Under the pieces are notes generated by a model. That model did not search any database. It was not told the origin of the DNA and was given only the letters and a program-made list of their open reading frames with translations. Positions 52,931 to 64,000 of a stretch of 64,000 nt of DNA are shown here, piece by piece. The number at the start of each line of letters is the position of its first letter. Positions within the stretch are counted from its first letter, which is position 1. Where the stretch lies: assembly GCA_951406725.2 (NCBI GenBank), contig OX597831.1:4216001-4280000 (forward strand), given 5' to 3'. This DNA comes from Octopus vulgaris. Its lineage: Eukaryota. The position numbers and the translations under genes are program-made.

Positions 52931-53081
52931 GTTGTTGTTGTTGTTGTTCAGGTCACTGCTTGTAAGCGAACTCGGAATCTTGGGGTTAGTAGCCCGCGCT
53001 CTTAACCACTACGGCCGTATGCCCATGGGTATTGAAATATGCCTTAGGAATGCGAACCCACGTTCGAAATTTCCCCCCAAG

Positions 53082-53125
53082 ACACCTGAAAAAGGCTGGA
53101 GGGTATATCAGCCGAAACGTTGTGT
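53082..53125 (+). ncRNA. Minimal hammerhead-like motif (G8 mutated)
   Basis: ACAC-CTGAAAA-aGGCTG..CAGCC-GAAA-CG-TT-GTGT. Confidence 0.5.
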
Positions 53126-53504
53126 TAACAGCAAACAAGATGAGGACAAATATCCGTCGAATGTAAATAATGTAAATAATGTGCATAATTCCTCATCTCT
53201 TAAATATAGAACTGTATCTTCACTTGTGCAAAGGATTACGTGTTCATTTAGAAATATTATGAAGCTTTGACGATTGAGAAGAATTTACAGAAAAATGATT
53301 ATGCGTAGAATACGAAGTTCAGTGGAGGTGAAATTCTGTTGAGACGCTGCACGATTTCGATTTTTAATAATATTACTTTACTTTATCTTTCCTGAGAACA
53401 TGCAGTCATAGAGTAACCGAAATTAATTTTAGCATGAAGTGAACGCGATTGGCAAGCAGAGAGCAGGTGCAATTGCAAAGATCTACGGCAAAACTGAAGA
53501 TCAA

Positions 53505-53531
53505 CGTCCCTGGATGGATTCGAACCACCAG

Positions 53532-53562
<31 letters not shown>

Positions 53563-53578
53563 GTTGCGCCACAGAGAC
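53505..53578 (-). tRNA. trnN-GTT: tRNA-Asn (GTT), variant
   Basis: 74 nt with an intact acceptor stem and anticodon, and T-arm substitutions. Confidence 0.85.
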
Positions 53579-53919
53579 ATTTCGTCTTCAGGCCTCACTT
53601 ATATTTCATTTCTTTTGGTTTTCTTCGTTTGTAGCTTATAAATGCGTGAAATAATTTTAATTATATTTCATCAAATATTTTTTATTTCTCAGAACCTCAC
53701 CCCCAAGTCTCCCACCATCTTTCAAGCTGTTTTATATTTAAGAGATGAGGAATTATGTACACTATTTACATTTGACGGATATTTGTCCTCATCTTGTTTG
53801 TTGTTAACATGTTTCAGCTGATATACCCTCTAACTTTCATCAGGTGTCTTGGGGAAATTTCGAACCTGGGTTCTCATTCCTAAGGTATATACCCACGGGC
53901 ATATCACATAGTGGTTAAA

Positions 53920-54290
53920 TTTTGGGGGAACGGGGTCAGTCGATTAGAGCGACCCCAGTTCGCAACTGGTACTTAATTTATCGATCCCGAAAGGATGAAA
54001 GGTAAATTCGACCTCGGCGGAAATTGATCTCAGAACGTAACGGCAGAAGAAATACCTATTTCTTTACTACTCACAAGGGGCTAAACACAGAGGGGACAAA
54101 CAAGGACAGACAAACGGATTAAATCGATTACATCGACCCCAGTGCGTAAATTGGTACTTAATTTATCGACTCCGAAAGGATGAAAGGCAAAGTCGACCTC
54201 GGCGGAATTTGAACTCGGAACGTAACGGCAGACGAAATACCGCTAAGCATTTCGCCCGGCGTGCTAACGTTTCTGCCAGCTTGCCACCTT
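53920..54290 (-). mobile_element. Dimeric SINE, same junction as 4372-5923
   Basis: Full head at 54241-54290. Junction AATACC|TATTTCTTT at 54056. Confidence 0.85.
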
Positions 54291-54299
54291 TGTATGGTC

Positions 54300-54428
54300 G
54301 TGTTCTGTGACGTCGTCCTTCAATTCCAAATCTGTCCTTGACCTTCTCGTTCCGTGTGTGATGCTATTTTTGTCCTCTCTTCGTTAAGGCCCAAGTCCCA
54401 GATGCGTACAGCATTGCAGGCAAGACTT
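54300..54428 (-). mobile_element. RTE-like LINE fragment
   Basis: Minus strand VLPAMLYASGTWALTKR. Confidence 0.45.
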
Positions 54429-54714
54429 GTATGTGTGTGGGACTGATAATGTACAGTTCATATATTGGGAATATTTTGTTTTCAAGCGTGTGTCAATTGG
54501 GTAAGTGTGTAAAATAATAATAGAGGAAGGAGTCGCAAAAATGAGGTGTGGTCAGAGCAGAGACGCCGCACATAAGGGATGATGTGGTGGTGGTCACATT
54601 TGGATAGTGGTGTTAAAGGAAAATGAGGGGAAAAGGTGTTCTGTGAAGAATAGTAAGAGGCTAAGCACTACGAGGAATAGTAAGAGGCTAAGAACTGAGA
54701 TGGTGAGGGCAATG

Positions 54715-55510
54715 AATGTGGTGGTGGTGGTGGTGCTGGAGGTGACAGTGGTGGTGGTGAATGGTGGGTGGTGATGGTGGATGGTGGTGGTGGTGATGAT
54801 GGCGATGGAAGTGATAGTGGTGGTGGGTGTGGTTGTGGTGGTGTTGGTGGTATTGGAGGCGAGTGTTGCGGCTATAGTAACGATAGTGATTGTGGTGGTG
54901 ATGATGGAGATGGTAGTGGTGGATTTGGTGGTAGCGGAGGTGGTGACGGTGTTGGGTAGTTGTAGTTGTAGTAGTGGTTGTAGTGGTGATTCTCGTGATG
55001 ATCAATACGATGAGACAGTAATGCCGGTGGTGGTGGTAGTGGTGCTGGTGGTGGTGTTGGTAGTGGTGTTGGTTGTGGTGTGGGTGGTGGTAGCCGTTTA
55101 TCGGTTGAATAGCGGTATTGGTGGTTGTGGTTGTGGTGCTGGAAACGATAATAGTAGAGTTGCGAGTGTGTATGATGGTGGCGGCGGCAGCGGCGGTGGC
55201 AGTGGCGGTTGAGGTGGTGGCGGTGGCGGTGCTAGTGGTAATGGTGGTGGTGGTGGTGGTGGTTGCACTCTTGATTGACAGACCACCCATACAGAATGGA
55301 ACCTACGGCTTCGAGAGAATGGAAACAAGCGTGAAAGCATAAAGAAAGAATAGGAAAGCGAGTGGTGGTCACGGCGACGATGACAATGGTAATGATGATG
55401 ACGATGGTGGTGATGATGGTGGTGGTGATGGTGGTGGTGGTGGTGGTGGCGGTGGTGGTGGTGGTGGTGGTGGTGGTGGCGGTGGTGGTGGTGGCGTTGA
55501 TGGTGGCAGC
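54715..55510. repeat. Degenerate (GGT)n low-complexity region
   Basis: Direct inspection. Confidence 0.9.
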
Positions 55511-55802
55511 CCATTCCATGTCGTTTAAAGCGACGGCAAAAATAGTTGTGTACGGATGAGAGCCAATGTATGAGGTAATTAGTGCAACGAGAGGGCGGAG
55601 GGGGGTGGGGGGGGTAAAGAGATTTAAACTATATCAACTATATAAACCTGCATATACATACATATATACATACATACATACATACATACATACATACATA
55701 CATACATACACATATCCATATATACAAATATATATATATATACACATATATATATACCTACATATATATGTATATAAATATGTATATAAATGTACAAACA
55801 CC

Positions 55803-55888
<86 letters not shown>

Positions 55889-56064
55889 TATGTACGTACA
55901 TATATATGTATGTATATATATACACATGTATGTATATAAATATATATACATATGTATGTATATGTATATATGTATGTATATACATATATATATATATATA
56001 TGCATGTATATATATACATATGAATATATGTATATAAATATATGTGAATATATACATATATATA

Positions 56065-56135
<71 letters not shown>

Positions 56136-56304
56136 CTACATATATATGTTTATAAATATGAGTATGTACATATATATGATAGACAGAAATGATGAGGGTA
56201 TATGCATTTATGTATTTATTTATATATTATAGGCTTACAGCTGCTTCAGATATGCATTTGAGTGCATTGATGGTTCAGCTTTATAAATAGACGGACTTTC
56301 ATGT

Positions 56305-57092
<788 letters not shown>

Positions 57093-57974
57093 TAATATGA
57101 GACGTCATAGAAAGAATGAAGATTCTGAAATGGATAACGAAATGCGAAAGAGTGTTTTGGTCCATTGATAGAACGTCATGTTTACTGGAGTGGTGGGTTC
57201 GTGTCCCACGGGTAGTTGCCAACAGTTTTTTTTATCCTAAGGGTTTTTAAAACCAATATTTATGGCGGCAAGCTGGCAGAATCGTTAGCACGCTGGACGA
57301 AACGCTTCGTCGCTAGGTTCTGAGTTCAAATTCCACCTTTTATCCTTTCAGGGTCGATAAATCAAGTGAAACACCTGGGTCGATGTAATGGACTAGTTCC
57401 CCCACCTTGTGCTTTTAGTAGAAAGGGTTATTTATTGCTTCATTTGCTTCAAGCCCCACCGTCCCAAAAAAGAATTATCTATACATATGTATATATACAA
57501 AAGGGGAGTCTTTGGGTTAAACTCCTATGTTTTTATGCTGTCTCCCTTTATGCTCCTTGATTTAGAGGAATCTATTAATCCGTTGGTGATTGAGCCCCAG
57601 TATGACAAAATTATGAGTCAGATTAGAGAAAACAATCAATCAGAAAGGAACTCTATCTCACTCAAAATATCTTTTGATAAGCATAACAAATGCGCAACCG
57701 GTAAACTCTTACTTTTATTATCCTACACTGAAATCTGACATTGAACTTTTCCACAAAAAACTGTATATTACACGCTTTTACTAAATATCTTATTCTGAAA
57801 CAGAACACTGTAAAAGACTCTTACTTTTTTTCTTATACACTGAAATCATTCACAAAAAAATGAACATTGTATTCTAACCCAATTTTTCTCTTTTTTTGTT
57901 TAAAAAAAGAACTTTCACCTAATTAAATACACTCTCCCTTACTTAAATTATTTTGTCAGCATTTTCTTCATTTC

Positions 57975-58033
<59 letters not shown>

Positions 58034-58056
58034 ATGTATATGTATATGTGTGTGTG

Positions 58057-58106
<50 letters not shown>

Positions 58107-58138
58107 CATACATGTATATGTATATGAATGTACATATA

Positions 58139-58179
<41 letters not shown>

Positions 58180-58217
58180 GTATATATATATATGTACGTA
58201 TATATATTGTATGTATG

Positions 58218-58249
<32 letters not shown>

Positions 58250-58261
58250 TATATAGATGCT

Positions 58262-58456
58262 TTTATCTTGTTTCAGTCACTTGACTGCGGCCATGCTGGA
58301 GCACCGCCTTTAGTCGAGCAAATTGACCCCAGGACTTATTCTTTGTAAGCCTAGTACTTATTCTATCGGTCTGATTTGCCGAACCGCAAAGTTACGGAGA
58401 TGTAAACACACCAGCATCGGTTGTGAAGCGATGTTGGGGGGACAAGCACAGACACA

Positions 58457-58460
<4 letters not shown>
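58262..58460 (-). mobile_element. CORE-type SINE 3' part
   Basis: Matches 22000-22210. Confidence 0.8.
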
Positions 58461-58524
<64 letters not shown>

Positions 58525-58528
58525 TACT

Positions 58529-58603
<75 letters not shown>

Positions 58604-58680
58604 TAAAATAAAGTGAAACAAAGATTGCAATCGCACGTTTGAACGACTTATATGTAGACGAAGAAAACTAAAAGAGAGGA

Positions 58681-58778
58681 TATGATGATGATGATGATGA
58701 TGGTGGTGATGATGATGATGATGATGATGACAATGATGATGAAGGCGGATATGATGATGATGATGATGACGATGATGG

Positions 58779-58834
<56 letters not shown>

Positions 58835-58958
58835 ATGATGATGATGATATTGATGATGACGATGATGATGATGACGACGACAACGACGCCAACGATGATG
58901 ACAACCTCGACGACCACGACGGTGGCGATGACGACGATGATGGTGCTGATGGTGACGT

Positions 58959-59037
<79 letters not shown>

Positions 59038-59080
59038 AACAATGTTGTTGATGATGATGTTGATGATGACGATTATGATG
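58681..59080. repeat. (GAT)n microsatellite
   Basis: Direct inspection. Confidence 0.95.
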
Positions 59081-59261
59081 ACTCTTCTGCTTGACGAAAC
59101 CGTAGAAGATAAAACCATTATCTCCATCTGCAACAAGACTAACAACAATAGCAACACCACCACCACCACCAGCAGCAGCAGTCGTTCTACTGATAAAGAA
59201 GAGAGAGAGAGACAAAGAGACGGAGAAAGACACACAGAGAAAAAGAGACAGACAGACAGAC

Positions 59262-59305
<44 letters not shown>

Positions 59306-60219
59306 GGAGACAGAGAGAGATATACAGAGAGAGGGAGAAAGACATGCAGAAATAGAGAGAGAGAGAGGGGGGGAGGGAGAGCAAGAGAGAGAGACGAGGA
59401 AAAGGAAAGATGTAGAAATATGTAGAAAGAAAGCAGAAAGGAAGAAAAAGAGGAAAGAAAGTAACAAATGAAGGTTGGAAGGAAGTAAGGGAGGAAGGAA
59501 AGAAGCCGAAAAAGAAAAAAAAAAGTGAAGAAGGAAAGGAAACAGAGAACAAAGTGTCGGTGCACGTCGGTGGCTTTTCGTGGCTTCCATAGATGTGAGG
59601 CATAAACAAAACGAGGCTGTCTTTTTGATCGTCTCAGAACGAAGACGCCATTATGTTGAAAAATGTGGAAAAAATTGGGCGAGACTTTGCAGTAATAGAC
59701 ATGATATCTGCTTGTCTATCATAATACCCTTAACCAACAAACCCTCCACCACCTCATCGTTCTGGTCCTCATCCTAGTTTGATGTATGCTTTATGGTTAA
59801 TAGGCGTGTGTTTGTTTGTAGATCGGTGTCTGTGTGTGTGTGTGTGTTTGTGCGTTCGAGTTTCTATATGTATGTTTATATAAGCGCACAAGCTATATAC
59901 ATTTACATTGATATTGTATTTACATACATACATATATGCATATATATATATACATAAATATATATATGTATGTATAGTCTATACATTTATATAATGTATA
60001 ATAGACATAAAATACACTCTAGTTAGACGTGTCTAATATATATATATATATATATATACATACACTTTCATGTACATATATTTATGTATATATATGTATA
60101 TATATTTATATATATATATATATGCATTTATGTATATTATATATATATTTATATATATGTATATATATATATAGATGTATGTATATATATATTTATATAT
60201 ATATATATATATATTTATT

Positions 60220-60252
<33 letters not shown>

Positions 60253-60337
60253 GTTGTGTTTTTTTTGTGCTTTCTTGTTTGGATTAACTTTATATATATA
60301 TATATTTATATATATATATGTATATATGTATGTATGT

Positions 60338-60368
<31 letters not shown>

Positions 60369-60409
60369 ACATACTTACATACATATATATGTGTGTGTGT
60401 GCACACGAA

Positions 60410-60468
<59 letters not shown>

Positions 60469-60896
60469 TGAGTATAAACGAGCTGCACTCGTTTATACCG
60501 ATATTAAATTATACGTGTACTCATAAGAACACAGCCACATCGTATGCGCCCAGACGCAAACACATAACTATACAGAAATATGTACATATACGAATACTTT
60601 ACATAGTTATTCATACATACATACATACATACATACATACATACATACATACATACATACATACATACATACATACATACATACATACATACATGCATAC
60701 ATACATACATACATACATACATACATACATACATGCATACATACATATATACATACATACATACATACATACATACGTTCATACATACATAATACATACA
60801 TACATACATACATACATACATACATACATACATACATACATACACGCATACATACATACATGCATACATGCATACATACATACATACATACATACA

Positions 60897-60930
<34 letters not shown>

Positions 60931-61156
60931 CATACATACATACATACATACGTTCATACATACATAATACATACATACATATATACATACACGCATACAT
61001 ACGTACATACGTACCTAAATGCATACATACATACATACATACATACATACATAAATTCATGTACACAGATGTATATGCGTCTATTTATTATATGTATGCA
61101 CATATATATGTACACCTATATATATATAAGGATTTATATTTATAAATGTGTTTGTG

Positions 61157-61199
<43 letters not shown>

Positions 61200-61238
61200 C
61201 TATATATATAAGGATTTATATTTATCAATGTGTTTGTG

Positions 61239-61322
<84 letters not shown>

Positions 61323-61599
61323 TGTATGTATGTATGTATGTATATTGGAAATCAATTCATACATTATACGCGCAAGTTCACACCCACACACGTATCTATA
61401 CCCGTACGTAAATGTATATAAATAGTGTTGTATTATATAACTGCACTTATTTCAACCGCTGTTTATATTTCTATAAATATATACACATATAATCGTACGT
61501 CATGTGCCATAGAAGCATAAATGCACAAAGCCATACATAAATACATACCTATATGTATGCATACTCATACATACATACATACATACATACATACATACA

Positions 61600-61635
<36 letters not shown>

Positions 61636-61641
61636 TATATA

Positions 61642-61798
61642 CTTTATTTAAAGCAGCAGAAAATTCAACAAAACCTGTTACTCTGAGTTTCAGGTTGCCG
61701 TTCATCGGACAGTTTTTCTAGCAAAAACTGTCCGATGAACGGCAACGTGAAACTCAGAGTAACAGGTTTTGTTGAATTTTCTGCTGCTTTAAATAAAG
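61642..61798. repeat. 157-bp palindrome (76-bp arms, 5-nt loop, 1 mismatch) containing two opposed hammerhead-like motifs
   Basis: Arms 61642-61717 and 61723-61798. Plus strand CTGT-CCGATGA-ACGgcaaCGT-GAAA-CTCAGAG-TA-ACAG at 61728-61765. Confidence 0.9.
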
Positions 61799-61867
61799 CA
61801 TATTACTCTACCACTGGTATTTGAGTACTCTTTTTTCCACTTTGTTTCACATTTATGTGTTTACTCC

Positions 61868-61966
<99 letters not shown>

Positions 61967-62225
61967 GCGCACACACGAGTGAGTGGACAAACGAAAGAAA
62001 AAGGCTGTCGTAAACATTCAGTTGGAGTTACATATATTATTGTTTAAATTAGCTTGATTGGGCTCAATGCGACTTGAAGTTTCGTTGGCATCTAGCAGAA
62101 ACCTGGTACGTTAAACACCAGGTTACTGAATCTGAGTAATCTGAGCCTGATCGAACCTTCTGTTAGAAGCCTGCAAAACTTTACGTAGCTAGGAGCCGAA
62201 TCAAACTTTTTAAATAATAATAATA

Positions 62226-62306
<81 letters not shown>

Positions 62307-62384
62307 GTAATAATAATAATAATAATGATAATAATAATAATGATGATAATAATATTAATAATAATGATGATAATAATAATAATA

Positions 62385-62945
62385 AATGGCCTGATGCAGT
62401 ACCAGGCAGTGGCTCTCATGGCTTCTGATCTTAACTGATTGGAAGTGTTATCATGTACATTGATTTGTCTTGGTATAAAAGATGGACTACAGCAAATATT
62501 CTGCTCTATACCACAGATTTGCTTGTCAGTTGTTTGATCTTAACCAGTTGACCATGTCCCTTAGTGGCTGACGCTATGTGCATCTCTGATCATGAACAGA
62601 AGTAGTGGTGGGTGAGCATCATAGCCATGTGTTGAAAGGAACTCTTGGAGGTTTGGATAATTCACCTTTGGAAATATTGGTGGTTCGTTCAACATCCTTA
62701 AACAACCCTTATTCATGGACCTTTTGTGCGGGATGGGCTACTCGACCAGAAGAAAATTCTAACTGGGCCCCGCCTGCAAGGTCAAGTGCTGTTTATTTTG
62801 ATATGAGATCACCATGTCATGCACATATGGTTGTGATGCATGTGCCTGGTGTACCTTTATCAGACGAGTTGTCATGATGGGTATACTGGGCTACGTATAT
62901 TTTACCCCAGTGTCACGCTGATTGCATGCACTGCTCTCTCACTCA
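62385..62945 (+). mobile_element. Non-coding ~560-bp insertion within (AAT)n, possibly a non-autonomous R4/Dong-type element
   Basis: Complex sequence bounded by (AAT)n on both sides, with no coding homology that I could recognise. Confidence 0.4.
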
Positions 62946-62969
62946 ATAATAATAATAATGATAACAATA

Positions 62970-63063
<94 letters not shown>

Positions 63064-63074
63064 TAATAATAATG

Positions 63075-63126
<52 letters not shown>

Positions 63127-63128
63127 TA

Positions 63129-63222
<94 letters not shown>

Positions 63223-63248
63223 TAATAATAATGATGATGATGATGATA

Positions 63249-63309
<61 letters not shown>

Positions 63310-63510
63310 CAGAGATATGATAGGTTAGCTTGGGAAGTTAAGCAGTTGTGGTCGATGAAAAAGATAGGAGTAGTACCAATAATTGTCGGACCCCTGGAAA
63401 CAGTGAGCAAAAACCTCGAGAAGTATGTGGAACAAACAGGGGATGCAATAAGGGTGGAGCACTTGCAGAAAACAGCACAGCTTGGATCCGCTCGAAATCT
63501 CCGGAAAGCA
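63310..63510 (+). mobile_element. R4/Dong-like REL endonuclease fragment
   Basis: WSMKKIGVVPIIVGPLETVSKNLEKY..LQKTAQLGSARNLRK. Confidence 0.7.
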
Positions 63511-63574
63511 TATATATATATCGCCATGATAGATCGGTAGCCACTACACACATTTTTTTCTCTCTTTGTGTCCC

Positions 63575-63608
63575 TTTCTGTAGAAGAGCATCGGCTCGAA
63601 ACGTAAAA
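63575..63608 (+). ncRNA. Degenerate hammerhead-like motif
   Basis: TTT-CTGTAGA-AGAGCATCGGCTC-GAAA-CG-TA-AAA. Same family as 7693. Confidence 0.4.
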
Positions 63609-63914
63609 TACTTTTTCACTTCCTGAGTGTTATACTAATACATCTGTTTGTTTTCTACACCACCTGTCTTCCTCTTTTGTTTTTTTTCGTGAACTCTCCC
63701 CGCCTATATATATATATATATATGACGGTCAGATGAAGGCTTGTAGGCTGAAGCTTCGAAGTCACTGTCATCACACTTTTTGTAAAAGTAAAATATTTAC
63801 TTTTCAAACAGTATTGAGAAATTCTTTAGTTTACAGTAAAACTGCTTTTATCATAACTTGGCATAGAAACAGGCGCTAATATAAGTGTGTGTGTGTGAGT
63901 GTAAATGTGTGTCA

Positions 63915-63945
<31 letters not shown>

Positions 63946-64000
63946 CGTACACGAAGATAATGCTGAAAATGTGCACAACAGGGTGTATATATTTACTGTT

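Larger units (their letters stand above)
52378..53215. mobile_element. Inverted pair of Penelope-like terminal repeats (52378-52530 minus, 53040-53215 plus), each with a hammerhead-like motif
   Basis: Arms are reverse-complementary. A third copy lies at ~53730-53888. Confidence 0.65.

Overview
Repeat-dominated, AT-rich animal genomic DNA. The SINE families and microsatellite load suggest an octopus or other coleoid cephalopod, which is inference only. I found no host protein-coding gene, and nearly all long ORFs in the track are translations of (AT)n, (AC)n, (ATAC)n, (AAT)n or (GAT)n microsatellites. Supported content: (1) three identical tRNA-Lys(CTT) genes. (2) A ~21 kb cluster (32.6-53.6 kb) built from a duplicated, inverted and decaying tRNA-Phe(GAA)/tRNA-Asn(GTT) unit, with 8 full-length Phe plus 1 pseudogene and 5 full-length Asn plus 5 damaged or partial copies. 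(3) Dead mariner/Tc1 transposons, L1/Tx1-, RTE-, R4/Dong-like and other LINE fragments, Helitron pieces, MITEs and several SINE families. The most unusual signals are: a tRNA-derived SINE that forms head-less 184-bp concatemers with the same tail-to-body junction at three separate loci; about ten minimal type I hammerhead-like motifs, several in inverted or palindromic pairs; a ~757-bp near-perfect inverted duplication inserted inside a TTAGGG-bearing MITE; and snap-back hairpins at rearrangement junctions of the tRNA cluster.
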